A stretch of DNA of 64,000 nt from Cyanophora paradoxa CCMP329 (lineage: Eukaryota > Plantae > Glaucophyta). Positions 32,615 through 45,099 of this stretch are shown here, piece after piece. A model generated the notes under the pieces. The model did not search any database and was not told where the DNA came from. It was given only the letters and a program-made list of their open reading frames with translations. A program made the position numbers and the translations under genes. The stretch's first letter is position 1. Each line of letters begins with the position of its first letter. The stretch is from the NCBI GenBank assembly GCA_004431415.1, contig QPMI01000230.1, positions 62,001 through 126,000 on the forward strand, written 5' to 3'.

Positions 32615-35600
32615 ATGGACGGTGCGTCGCGGCGCCTCGTATGTGTGGCGAAGAGCTCGGCTTCGAGCGCTTAGCGGCCCGTCGCCGTCCCGCAGGCTTC
32701 TTGAGCAAGCTCCGCGCCGTCGTGAGCCAGGACCGAAAACGGCTCGTCGACAAAGAGAGCGGCGTCGACCTGTAAGCAATTTCCAACGCCGCCGCCGCCG
32801 CGACAGCGCCTCCGACCCTGGCGGCGGTCATTCTCATGAATCCTATTGCGCCGCGCAGCGACCTCACGTACATCACTGACCGCATCATCGGTACGTCTGC
32901 AACGCTTGCGCCGCCTTCAGGCCGCCCGTAGCGCTCGAAGGAGCGCCGCTAACTCGTGCACGCAGCGATGGGCTTTCCTTCCGCCGGCGTGGAGGCGGCG
33001 TTCCGCAAGTGCGCATTCGGCGCTCATAGCATTCTCAGGCGCGCGGCATGCGGCGCAGCTGACCCCGGCCGGCCGCAGCGACATCGACGATGTCGCGGCG
33101 TTCCTCAACGGCCGGCACAAGGGCAAGTACATGATTTGGAACCTGAGCGACCGCCGCTACGACTGTGCGTCGCGTTCACCCCGCTCCTCGTCCCCGCCGC
33201 CGAGCTCACCCGCACGCCGCAGACACGAAGTTCGACAACCAGGTAGGGCAGGAACCGCTCAGCGGCGCGCTCCCCGCTTAGCTGTGCGGCCTCAGGTCCT
33301 CGAGTTCGGATTCCCGGACCACCACGGTGAGCCCGGCGGGCCGCTCCCGTGCCGCCTGCCCCTCTCCGCTCCTCACGCAGCGCCCCGCGCCGCGCCGCAG
33401 CGCCGCCGCTGGAGATGCTCTTCAAAATCTCGAAGTCTATGGACGGCTGGCTCAAGGCAGACCCGCAGAACGTCGCCGTCGTCCACTGCCTGGTACCCCG
33501 GCCCCGTCCCGGCCCGCTGCACCCGCCTACCCCGCCGACCCGCGGGCGGCAGGCGGGCAAGGGCCGGACGGGCCTGGCGGTGGCGGGGTACATGGCCTAC
33601 GCGGGGATCGCGGAGAGCGGCGCTGAGGCGCTCCACATGTTCGGCGTGAAGCGCTCCTGGGACGAGAAGGGCGTCACCGTGCCCTCCCAGAAGCGGTGCC
33701 CGCCCTGCCCCCCGCGCCGCTCGTGACCCCCCGCCAACCGCCGGGGGTACAGCTTCGTCGGCTACTTCACGGACGTGATCAAGGGCCGCCGCGTCCCGCA
33801 CTGCCGGCCCCTCGTCCTGCAGGCGCGCGCGCATGCCCCGGCCCCGGCTGCGGCCCGCTCTCGAACGAGCGCCCCCCGCAGCGCATCATCATGAACACCA
33901 TACCGAAGTTCGACCGCTCGGGCGGCTGCAAGCCGTACTTCCAGGTGCGCTTCGCACCGCTCCACAAGCTGCCCGCTGCTACCCCGCTTATCTTGCGCCC
34001 GTACCCCCCCAGATCTTCCGAAACTTTGGGAAGACGCCCATCTTCAACTCCGCCGAGCACGGGCCCCTGAAGTGGGCCCCCCGGGCCCCTCCCGGTCCCC
34101 TCCCGCCCGGTCTCACGCGGGGCCCGGGCCGCCGGGGGCGCGCAGGACGTACACGAACAAGGACCTCTCGGTCTCCTTCCAGGTGGAGTGCATCATCCAG
34201 GGCAACATCCTCGTCAAGGCGCCCCCGCCCCGCCATCGGAAGCCAGCGGCCCGCTCGTCCCTGACCGCGCCTCTACGCCAGTTCTTCCACCTGGGGGCCC
34301 TCACGACGCCGATCCTCTTCCGCTTCGCCTTCCACACCGGCTTCGCCGACCACGGTGCGCGCCTCCAGGCTGGGAAGGGGCGGGCGCGGGGCGTGCTGGG
34401 GCGGCGCCCGCCCGCGCCCGCCCGCCCGCCGCGCCTCTCCCTGCTCGGCGGCGGGAGCGGCTCACCGCCTCCCCCGCGTGGCCGGCAGGCGTGCTGCGGT
34501 TCACGAAGCTCCAGCTCGACGGGGCCACCGACGACAAGCGGTCCGCCCCGCCCCGCCCCGCCCCGCCCGTGGGTCTGCCCCGCCCCGCCGGCCTCACCGG
34601 CCTCGCCTCGCAGCTTCGAGGAGGACTTCTTCATCGACCTCATGTTCGGGCCCCTCCAGGTCCCCTCCCCCGCCCTCCGCTGCACCCGCTGCACCCGCCC
34701 GCCCCGAGCGCCCCGGGCGCAGGGCGAGCTCTCCAAGTCCGCCAAGCGCCAGCTCGCGCGCGAGGAGGCCCAGTGGCACGACATCCTGGTGCCCCCTGCC
34801 CCCTCCCCCCGCACACGACGCCCCGCCGGCCTCACCGCCCCCGCAGGCGGCGCTGCCCATCAACCAGGGCCGCACCGACTTTGAGTACCCCGTCGGCGGC
34901 TCCATGTACGCCGCCGAGGCCGGTCCCAGCGGGGTACAGGTGCGCCGTGTCCCGCGCCATCTCGCATCCGCGCGGGCCTAACGTGCCTCGGGGCCAGGCG
35001 AAGCCGGTCGGGGACGCGCCGGGGAGCCCGCCGCTGAAGCGGCCGCCGGAGGCGGTGTTCGAGCTCTCGGGGGGCGGCCAGGACGACTTCGACGGCCCCG
35101 AGGAGGCGGCGGGGGCGCCCGGCGCGCCCTCCGCGCCCGCGAGGCCAGCCGGCGAGGGCGGCGGCTGGGGCGACGTCCAGTTCGACCTCGGGACGCCCCC
35201 GGGGAGCCCCAAGGGCCGCCCCAGCGACGCCGCCGCCGACGCCGACGCTGAGGCCGAGGCCGAGGCCGAGGCGAAGGCGGCGGAGGCGGCCAAGGCGGCG
35301 GCAGAAGCGAAGGCGGCGACTGAGAAGAAGGCGGCTGAGGGGAAGGCGGCGGCAGAAAAGGCGGCGGCACAGAAGGCGGCAGCTGAGAAGGCTGCGGCCG
35401 AGAAGGCGGCAGCAGAGAAGGCGGCGGCCGAGAAGAAAGCAGCAGCCGAGAAGGCGGCGGCGGAGAAGAAGGAGGTGGAGGCAAAAGCGGCGGCCGACAA
35501 GAAGGCGGCGCAGGAGAAGGCGGCCGCGGACAAGAAGGCCGCGGCCGAGGAGAAGAAGGCGGCGGCCGAGGCCAAGAAGGCGGCAGAGGCCTCTGCGGCG

Positions 35601-36037
35601 GCTGAGAAGAAGGCGGCGGCCGAGAAGGCGGCGTCAGAGGCCAAGGCCAAGGCCGAGGCAGAGGCCAAGGCGGCGGCCGAGAAGGCGGCGGCCGAGAAAA
35701 AGGCGGCTGAGGAGAAGGCGGCGGCGGAAAAGAAGGCGGCGGAGGAGAAGGCGGCAGCAGAGGCGACGGCGGCGGCGGAGGCGTCGGCGGGGAAGCCGGC
35801 GGCGGGGGCGGGGGAGGAGAAGAAGGGCGGGGCGAGCCTGAAGGCGGCCATCGAGGACCCGGCCAACTTCGAGGTGCCGCGCCCCCGCCTTCGGCCGCCC
35901 GTGCCCCGGGCCGAGCTCCCGCGCAGGCGTGGCTGGACGAGGCGGCGGCCTCGGCGACGGCGCCCTCGGCCTCGCCCCCCGGCGCCTCGGCGTCGGCCGC
36001 CGCCTTCTCCCTCGACGACGACGACTTCCTCTCCTGA
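32615..36037 (+). CDS. PTEN: PTEN-like lipid phosphatase + C2 domain + long Ala/Glu/Lys repeat tail; 20 exons
   Basis: MD|[18 protein letters not shown]|[10 protein letters not shown]|AMGFPS..FRN|DIDDV..YMIWNLS, FPDHH, active site VHCL|[17 protein letters not shown]2 [17 protein letters not shown]. Ends [10 protein letters not shown]. Confidence 0.9.
35250..35780 (+). repeat. Coding minisatellite encoding ([12 protein letters not shown])n
   Basis: Degenerate 15-18-nt units GAGAAG(AAG)GCGGCGGCC within one long exon of the PTEN-like gene. Confidence 0.9.
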
Positions 36038-36328
36038 CCGCGGGCTCGCCTCTGGGCCCCTCAAGCTTCCACCACCCGGCCCGGATCTATAGCTAGCTAG
36101 ACCTTTGCAGCGCCCTCCGATCCCCCCCGCCCCCCCTCCTCTCGATCCACGTACATGCACCGAACGAATTCGAAGAAAGCATCGCCCGACTGGTTTGATT
36201 CCCAACCGAGGCTCATGTGCGCTGGTCGCTCTCGCGCGCACGGGAAGAAAAAGAAATGTACAGGGTGGTGGTTGGTACCTCTGCTGCTAGGGCGATTGCC
36301 CCGGCGCGTTGCCGTGCCGGGCCGCTCG

Positions 36329-37656
36329 CTAGCTGTCGGAAGAGGAGCTGGCGAGGGCGGCGGCGAGCGAGCGGGCCGCCTTCTCCTTCTCCGCCGCCGC
36401 GCGCTGCTTCGCCGTCAACTTCGGCTCCGCTCTCGCCTGCGGCTCCGCCACAGCCGCCGCCACCGCCGACTCCGAGGGCCCCGCCGCCGGCGCCGGCGCC
36501 GCGGCCTTCGCCGGGCCGCGATGGCGACGCCGGCGGCGGCGGCGTTGGCGGCGGCGGCCGCCGCCGCGAGGGCGGCGAAGGGAGAGGGGCGGGCGGGGCG
36601 GGCTCGGCCGCCGGCGCCGGGTCGACCACGGGCGCCGCGGGCTTTCCCAGGGCAGGACGGCCGGCTTCGACGCCGCGGCGGCCTGCGCGTTGGCGGCCGC
36701 TGCCAGGCCGGCGAGAGCGGCGAAGGGGCTGGGCGCCGGGGCCGCTGGGGGCGCCGCCGCTGCGGGGGCCCCAGACGATGCTGCTTGCGCGGCCGCCGCC
36801 GCCTGCAGTGCGGCGAGCTGCGGCGCACGGGCGTTAGTGGGACGCACGGGGCAACCGCAACGCGGCGGCGACGCGGCGCGCCTGCTGCGTCAAGGCGCGG
36901 AGCTGGTTCTCGAGCGATGCCGGAGGGGGCCGAGCGAGCTCCCGCGGAGCGCGCGGCTTCGCCTGCGTCCCGGGCACGACCCGGCGCCGAGGGGGCGGGA
37001 AGTCCACGGGAAGCTGGCGCCGGACAACATGACCGCTCGGATTCCCGGAGCGCGGCGTCTGCGGGACCTCCGCAGCGTCCAGGGCTGCGCGGTTTCGCGT
37101 CAGACCGCGGCGGGCGGCCCGGAAAACGCGGCCGGCGGACGGACCGTCCATAAAGCCAGTGCCCTCCTTCTGGGCGGGGATCCGCACGATGCCGAATCGG
37201 ATGCCGAGGCGCCGCACGTATCTGCAGAGGCCCGTCAACCGCTGAGTGCGAAGGCGGCCGCCGCAGAATTCCGCAGAAGTCGGACGAGGCGGAACGGCAT
37301 CCGGGAGCCGCAGCCTATACGGGGCGACCCGCAGCTTGCCAACGAACCTCCGAAGCTTCCGCTGCGTCCGCGGATCCCGGAGGCCAAGCCGCTCGACGAT
37401 GAAGGTTGGGCCCTGCGGACGACGTTCGGAAACCCTTCACACGGCGCATACGGAGCCCTTGGACACTTGCCTCAGTGAGAAGCCATGTTACAAGGTCTTT
37501 GAAACAGCCGGCGAGTTCTTTTGACACGGACCAGAGCCGAACTCCGATGGCGATGACCTCCTTCTCCTTGGCACTGAACTGCTCGGTCTCACCATCGCTG
37601 TCGTGCCCAGAGCTCGTCGAGCTGGGCGCCCGGCGAGCCGTACGAGCCGTGGCCAT
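36329..37656 (-). CDS. Hypothetical protein, Ala/Pro-rich C-terminus; multi-exon
   Basis: MATARTARR..KEVIAIGVRLWSVSKELAGCFKDLVTWLLTE and later ..LENQLRALTQQ|LAALQAAA..KLTAKQRAAAEKEKAAR. Plausible short introns. No recognised domain. Confidence 0.55.
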
Positions 37657-37725
37657 CTTCTCAGCAAACGAAGTGGACCGACGTACCGGGGCAGGAGCGG
37701 GTTGGGGGTACAAACGATCGATCAA

Positions 37726-40700
37726 ATGCGCCGCCTCGCGTTCCTGGCGCTCTTCATCCTGGCGCTCCGGGCCTCCGCGCAGCTCTCGGGGAGCTGCGAG
37801 GGGCAGTCGGATTGCAATAGCTGCGTCCAGCTCCCGGTGACCGCTTGTCCTTCCGCCGCTGATGCGCCGCTCCCACCGCTGATGCTTCCCGCGCAGGATT
37901 GCGGTTGGTGCCTCGCGGATGGTGCCCCGGGTGTCTGCGCGCAGAGCGCCAGCTGCGCGGGAACGTGGGCGCTCTCCGCGACGGATTGCTCGGGTTCGTC
38001 AGGCGGCGGCGCGCTCTTCTAGCTTGTCATCGCGTTTGGCAAAGAGCTTTTCCGCTTTCCGCGCTCGCTTATACGCGCGCTTGATCGGCGCCGGCTGATG
38101 CTGAGCGGTTGGTCGGCTTGATTGACGTTTCCGAGCGCAGCGGCATCTTCCGTGCAGCCGGCACCTGTGATTGCCGACTGTAGTGTATCGTCTGACTGCA
38201 CCTCCTGCCTGGCGACGCCGGGGTGTACCTGGTGTCCGGATCCCGCAAGCCCGGCCTGCGTCCAGGTTTGAACCGTGAATTCGATGCCTCCTGAGCTCGC
38301 GCGCCGCGCCTCACTCGTGCCACGTCGTAGAGCGGCCTCTGCTCCGTCGCGTTCGTTTCCGACCCCTCGCAGTGCGCGGCGCCGGAGCTGCCTCAGCCGG
38401 CGCCGGCCACCTCGGGTGCGGCGCACGCGCGTGCCGGCCCGCGCCCCGCTCTTTTGACCCGCCACAGATGCGCTCCTGCCGCCGCCGCCGGACGCGCCCA
38501 TCCCCGTGATCTCCGCGGCGCCGCTCCCCGCCATCTCGTTTCCGCCTCTGCCGCCGCCGCCGGCCTCGGAGTCGCCGCAGGCGTCGCCGGGCGCGGGCGC
38601 GACTGCGGGCCCCGCGGGGACGGCGGCGGCGTCGCCCGGAGCGACGGCGTCCCCCGCGGCGTCCTCGCCGGCTGCCACCGCGTCGCCCGGGGCACGCCGG
38701 GCCCCGCCACCGCCACCGCCGCCCCCGCCGCCGCCCGCGCCGCCGCCCTCGCCTTCGCAGAGGCGGACATCCGCGCCGTGCGCTCACCTTCGCGCTCCGT
38801 CGTGCCCCGCGCCGCCGGCCCCACTGCTTCCCGCAGGACGTGCTCGCGCTGCTCCAGAGCCAGGACGTCATCGCCGGCCTCGTCCGCTGCGAGGTCGGCC
38901 GCGGGCTCCAAACTCTCCTTGAGGACCTTCCTCTGACTGTCTCGCCCGCGCCAGTACCACGACGCTTTCTGCAGCGGGGTGCGCCGCGCCTTCGCCGCTC
39001 GCACGTGGCGGCGGCCGCGGGGTGACGGGGCGCGCCCGGTGGAAGGCGGACGGGAGCCTGCACTTCCCCGAGGAGCTCGCGCGCCCCGAGAACAAGCGGC
39101 TCAATTCCGTTCTCACCCTCCTGAACGCGCGCCCCGCCCCGTCGACGCCCCGCCCCGCCCCCGACCGCGACCGCCGCCGGCGCAGGACACGATCCTGAAC
39201 CAGGCGAAGTACGCGGGGGTAACATGGGCCGACGCAATCGCCGTCGGCAGTGCCGCTGCCATCGAGGTCCGCCCCCGCCCCCGCCCCGCCCCTCGCCCTG
39301 CGCCGCGCTCCCCTCCCGTCTGACCTTATCTGGACAGGCGGCCGGCGGGCCGCGCATCCCCGTGGGGCTCGGCCGCCTCGACGCCACGCGCCCGGGCGCC
39401 AACGGCCAGGCGCGCGCGCCCCCCTGCCCCTTCGTTCGCCCCCGCCGTTCGAGCGCGCGCCCCGCGCAGCTCCCCCGGCTCGACATGACCATCGCGGTGG
39501 CGTGTACTCCCCTCTCTCGAACCGGGTCCGCCCTCCTCCCGCGCCCTCTGAGAGCGCGCCCAGATGAAGCCCTACTTCGCGCACCTCGGGCTCAGCGTCA
39601 AGGACATGGCACCCGCCCCTCCGCCACCCCGCCTGGAGCCGATCTGAAGCCCCGGGCGCGCGCGCGCGCAGGTGGCGCTCTCCGGGGTGCACGTGCTGCG
39701 GCGCGTCTTCGGGCCCGTGCCCCGCTTCTCCGCCGACTACTTCACCCAGCTCCTCGGCGTCCGCCCCCCTCAGCAGTGCCCTGCGCTGCAGTTAGAGACC
39801 GTACTTAGAGGCTCGAAGCCCCTAGACGCGACCGCGCTCTCGCCCTCCGCTGACGCTGACCCCGCGGGCAGGCGGGGGACAACCGGACGCTGGCCGACGC
39901 GCGGCCCGCCCGTTCCCTTCTCCCCGGCCGTCTCCCCCACGTCCTCACGCCGCCCCGCGCAGCTTCTTCAGCACGGACCTCGAGCTCCTCAAGGCCCGGC
40001 CCCCTCCTCCGCTTTCCGCCTCCGCCCTCTGACGGGCCGCGCGGAACGCAGGCCGACGACTCGCGCGCGGTCGTCTCGGGCTACTCCGCGAACCTCGTGC
40101 GCCGCCTGCTGCCGGCCCGCCCCCCGCCGCCCACCCCCCGCGCGCAGGCCTCGTTCACGGACGACTTCGTCAAGGCGTACCTGCGCTCCTGCCTCGTCAC
40201 CCCCTCCACCGCCGTCCGGTGCCCTGTTTCCCTCCCCGCGGCCCTATCCTCCCGCCCGACGCACCCTTCAGGTACGGGGCGTTCGCGTACGACCCGGGGA
40301 GCGGCGTGGGCGGCTGGGGCTGGTCCTACCAGCGCATGGAGAAGATGGCCCGCCTGCCCCCGCCCGCCGCAGCCCGCGCCCGCCAGGGCTCACGGGGCGG
40401 CGGGGGCGCGCAGGTCGAGATCGCGATCGGGTGCGCCGACCGCAACAACCGAAAGTGGTGCCCGCTCCTCGTGCGCCCCGCCCCACCCCCCGCCCGCTCC
40501 TTCTCGAACGCCCCGCCCCCGCGTGCAGTACGTGTGGAACTCGGGGGCCGGCCCCCGCGGCCCCTGCTTCGCCTTCGCGGCGGACGCGCCGAGCGCGGGG
40601 GCGCGCTTCCGCGCGGCCTGGGGCCCCACCGCCGCCGCCGCCACCGCCGCCGCCGTCCAGGTCCCCTCCGCCCTCGCTCCTGCTTCGAGGCTCGGGGGCC

Positions 40701-40804
40701 GGGGCTCGCCTCACCGCGCGCAGGCCTGCGGGGCGGCGGGGGCGGCCCCCGCCGGCACCTCCGGATCCGCCGCCTGCGCCCCGCGCTTCGCCCAGTGCAT
40801 GTAA
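37726..40804 (+). CDS. Secreted heme peroxidase (ascorbate-peroxidase-like) with two N-terminal PSI-like repeats and a C-terminal DUF4189-like domain; multi-exon
   Basis: Signal peptide MRRLAFLALFILALRASA. PSI-like CxxxSDCxSCxxxPxCxWC x2. Distal GLVRCE|YHDA, G|ADGSLHFPEELARPEN, VTWADAI, GGPRIPVGLGRLDA. Proximal DM|VALSGVHVL, FSADYF. C-term YGAFAYDPGSGVGGWGWSY..C..C..CFAFA..WGPT..C..C..C. Confidence 0.8.
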
Positions 40805-40997
40805 CTGTGCTCGCTGTTGGCGCCATCCGCGACCGCGCTGCATGTCGCTCGCCGCATGTGTAATTAAGCAGCAACGGGAGTCTCGTGCCGATCCGGATCC
40901 GGACGAGTGCATGCACAGCTGCAGGGCCCGCCCCGGCCCCCGGCCCCTAGCCCCCGCCCTGGCGCTGCGGCAGGGATCGACGGCGGGCGCGGGTTGG

Positions 40998-42839
40998 TCA
41001 CATGACCCTGCGGGACATGTTCGTGAAGCCGGCGCCGAGGCACGAGGCGAGCAGCGTGTCGCTCTCCGGGTCCACCTTCACCTGCGCGCGCCTAAGGCCC
41101 GGGCTCCTCCTCGGGCAGGCCGGCCCCGCCCCCCGCGCACCTTGAAGGTCACGCTGAAGAACTGGCGGATGTGCCGCAGCAGCTCCACCCTGCGCCCCGC
41201 GCCCCCGCATCGGCCCCCGGCTGCCCGGCGGGGGCCGCGCGAGGCGCGAGGCGAGGCCGCGACCCGGGGGCGGGGGCGCGCACGTGTAGGGGGAGAGCTT
41301 GCCGAGGCGTATCTTGGAGACGTCCTCGGGCCCGAGGGCCATCAGCAGCAGCATCGTCCCCTGCGCGCTCGTGTCCACGCAGCCGCCCTGGGGGGCACGC
41401 CCGAGTCAGCCCGGTCCGACCCGATCCCCATCTGGAAGTGAGGGACACACCTTCATGATCTCCTCCATGAGCAGCCGCGCCGCCGCCGTCCCGATGTCCT
41501 CCGGCATCGACCCCGCCTCCCCCACCTGCAACCCGGGGCGTCGCGCGGGGCGCGCGGGGAGGGAGCGGGGAGGGGGGTGCAGCGCCCGGCACCTTCTCGG
41601 CGCAGAGCAGCGTGCCCGTCGTGCTCTCGGCGACCAGCGAGAGGGCGAACCCGGGGGACCTGCCCGGGGGCGTCGGGCCACGCCAGGCCCGACCGGGGGA
41701 GGCGGGGGCGCTCCCCGCCGGCCGCACCTCCCCGAGTCGTTGCCCTTGTAGTGGTCCGTGTAGATGTACACGTCCGGAATGAACTTCTGCGCGCGCGGGG
41801 GGGTACGTCGATGTCGGGGGGCGGGAGATCGGGGGCGGGGGGCGGGAGGGGGGGGGGGGGGGGCGAACGTTCAGCAGGGCCCTCGCCGAGTCGACCATCC
41901 TGTTTGCAGCTTGCGGAGACATCCGCGTGACGTACCTGGCGTGCGCACCCCTCAAGGCCCGCGCTCGCGGCGCGGGGCGGCGGGGTTCGTCCGCACGCGA
42001 CTCCGCGTATTCGCTTGATCTTGCCCTCGTCGAGGAGCTGGATCGGCCTCAGCTGCTTCACCACGGGGCACTTGAATATAACCTCCCCGCCTCCCTCCGG
42101 CGGCGCCCCGCGTTTTGCTATCTGCGCGTGCGTTCGCGTCAGAGGCGGCGGGGTGCGGGCCAGCCGGGGCGGCGAGGGCGGCGCCCGCCTTGAGCTCTAG
42201 GTTCTCCTCGTCTATGCCGAAGTGCTTCAGGTTGGGCAGCGTGACTGTTCGAATGAGGTCGACCTGCGCGCGCCGCTCAGCGTCCCGCGCGCCGCGGCGG
42301 CTGCGGGGCGGGGCGCACCGACAGGTCCTCCTCTGCGTTCGTGATGCCCCGCAGCGTCGCTGCGAGCGCCTTCTTCCCGAACGGCGCGAGGCACACGAGC
42401 GCCTCCAGGAAGTAGCCTATTGACCTCGCTGTCCCGCAGTCGTGCGTGATCGTCCCGCCGACGATGAAGCCCGGCTTGTACCGCAGGCTCGTGCCTGCAC
42501 GAGAGCGGAGCGGGAGCGCGTGAGTGATGCGTAGCTAGAGGTACATGGCTACGCGCTGGAACTGCTGCCGGCGGTCCGCGGGGCCGCCTCTGCGGGGCGC
42601 ACCGGTCTCGTTGATCTCGATCGTGCACCCGTTGGTGATCTTCTCGAGCAGCCGCAGCAGACTCGCCTCGAACTCTGCGGTACGTCAGAGACGCGCTGCC
42701 GAAGCGGGGGGCGCCACGAACCTCTGAGGCCGGGCCGCTCGTCGAGGGCGCGGATGTCATCGATGCGGATCGCGCGGCCAGATAGAGTCGAGCAAACTAG
42801 CCGCTGCCTAAAGTACCGAGATCCTCGGAACCGCAGCAT
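40998..42839 (-). CDS. RCL1: RNA 3'-terminal phosphate cyclase-like protein (18S rRNA processing); 12 exons
   Basis: MLRFRGSRYFRQRLVCSTLSG..PGLR|EFEASLLRLLEKITNG..EINETG..HDC..RSIGYFLE..KRGAPPEGGGEV..GKIKRIRGVA|Y..DVYIYTD..SPGF..PEDIG..GGCVD..DVSKIRLG..GFTN. Eleven introns traced. Confidence 0.96.
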
Positions 42840-43441
42840 TGGCCCGGGCTGCTAGCTGCCTGTCTCGCGGTAAAGCTCCCGTGCGGAACCGACACCGGGT
42901 TTTTGGGAAGTTCGTAGGGTACAGCAAACACAAAGCGTTCGCCTCGCCATGAAGCCGCCATGGAGCGCTTTAGGCGCTGCAGATCGACGCGGAACGCATG
43001 CGCACGCTTGTTGCGGGCACGGGACGTCCGACCCCTTCGCGTCACTGACGTTGATGGTAAGTTGCGAGCTTCATCTGACGACTCTCTCTCTCTGAGTCTC
43101 AGTGCGCGCTCTACCCGTAAATCGTCAAGTCGGCATAGACAGCAAAGCCGGAAAGGTGCGCTAGGCGTAATCACATCAGCCTCGACCTGTATTTTGTTGG
43201 AGCAGCGCATAGCAGTCATCAGCAGACGCCAGCTGCAGCAGCGCCGACGCTCAGGGCGACCTCGGCTTGTGGTTGTATCAGCTCAGAGCTTCGGGTCCGT
43301 GAACAGAGAACAGAAAGGAGCCAAGGCGCTCACATCTGCCCGCGGCCGGCCGAGCAAGCTTGGGTGGTGCGTTCGCCTAGGCCTGCTCGGCTCGACGCCC
43401 GCCCAACTCATATCCGCGCCCTGGGCTCCCACAGCTAAGCG

Positions 43442-44770
43442 ATGGGTGAGCGCAAGGTCGTCAACAAGTACTATGTACGCTCTGCAGCCCCCAATGTGTC
43501 CCCCTTCGCCTGACACTGACAGCCATCGCCTGCAGCCGCCCGACTTCGACCCGGAGAAGCTTGCGAAGCGGAAGTGCCCGAAGAATGACCAGATCAAGAT
43601 CCGGATGATGATGCCGATGAGCGTCCAGTGCACGACGTGCGGGGAGTACATCGGCGCGGGGAAGAAGTTCAACTCGCGCAAGGAGACGGTTGAGAACGAC
43701 GACTACCTCGGCATCAAGAAGCATCGCCTTTACATGCGCTGCCCCCGCTGCTCCGCCGAGTTCACCATCAAGACCGACCCCAAGAACAGGTCCGCCGCCC
43801 CGCCCCTCATGGCGCGTTGCCTGCTCACGCGCGCCGCGCCCGCAGCGACTACACGGCGGAGCACGGCATCCGCCGCAACTTCGAGCCGTGGAAGGCCCGG
43901 TCGGAGGAGGTGCCCCTCGCCCCGACCGGGCGCCCCCGCGACTCGAGCTCGCTGCCGACCGCTCACGGCGGGGCCGCAGGAGGAGAGGGCGAAGAGGCAG
44001 CGGGCGGACGAGGAGGAGGGCGACGCGATGAAGGCCCTCGAGAACCGCACCGCAGACTCCAAGCGCGAGATGGGTGCGCCCCTCGTCCCGCCGCGCCGGG
44101 GCGCGCGCTGGCCATGGCGCTCATGCGCGGGCAGACATCCTGGAGGGGCTGGACGAGATCCGGGCGCTGAACGCGGCCAACGCGGCCGCCGACGCCGACT
44201 CGCTCCTCGAGGCCCGCCGCGCCGCGGCCGAGGCGCAGCGCGTGCGCGCCGTGCCCCCGGCGCCCCCGGCCCCTCGAGGGCCCGCCCCTGACCGTCCGCC
44301 CCGCCCGCCCCGCAGCGCAAGGAGGAGGAGGACGACGACCGCCTCGCGCGGGAGACCTTCCGCCGCGGCCGCCAGCCCGTTCTCAAGGTACCCCCCGCAG
44401 CTCTGAGGCCGCGCCGCGCCCTGTGCCGGCGGCTGACTCGCGGCAGGTGGAGGCCGGGGACGAGAGCGACTGGTCCGACGGGTCAGACGAGGAGCCGGCA
44501 TCGAAGAAGGCGAAGGAGGCCCCCGAGACCCGCGCGAGCGACGGCGTCGGCGGTGCGCAGGGCGCCCCCCGCGCCCTCCCGAATCTGACCCCCGCGCCCC
44601 GCCCCCGGTGCCCGGCGCTGTCGGCGGCCAAGGCGGAGGCGGTCGACGTGGAGGAGGCGGCGGCGGCGGTGCCGCTGGTGGTGGTGAAGGCGAAGAAGAA
44701 GAAGGGCAAGGAGCCGGCCGGCCTCGCCCTCCTCGCCGCCTACGCCTCCGCCAGCGACGACGACGCGTAG
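43442..44770 (+). CDS. YJU2: Spliceosomal step-1 factor YJU2/CCDC94 (CWC16 family); 7 exons
   Basis: MGERKVVNKYY|PPDFDP..IRMMMPMSVQCTTCGEYIGAGKKFNSRKE..YLGI..YMRCPRCSAEFTIKTDPKNS|DY..RNFEPW..DAMKALENRTADSKREM. Confidence 0.96.
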
Positions 44771-45099
44771 GCCGCCGCTAGCCCTGCCTCGGCCGGCCCT
44801 CTACCCTTGGCCATGGAGCTCTGTGCGTCAGTCAGTCAGTCAGTACGCTTTCGCTTATCACAGTGTCAATGTTGCGTTTGTGTAACTCTCGACATTTCAT
44901 CGTTCGAACTGAATTCAGTGATTATGCAGTATTTTATTTCGATTCTTCCCACTGCGCCAGGCAGAATTGCATTCGTAGTGCCACGTTGTAGTTTGTTTTC
45001 ATGATCATTTTGTACCATAGCACAAGTGCATTTAAAATTTGTTGCTGCAGCTGTCCAAGGGTTGCTGGAGGATCTGTCGTAATCAACTACTTGCTTTCT

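Noticed and set aside
42960-43440. Long ORF running into YJU2 as an N-terminal extension or separate gene
   Set aside because: YJU2 begins at the conserved MGERK (43442). The upstream translation has no motif and is most likely promoter/UTR.
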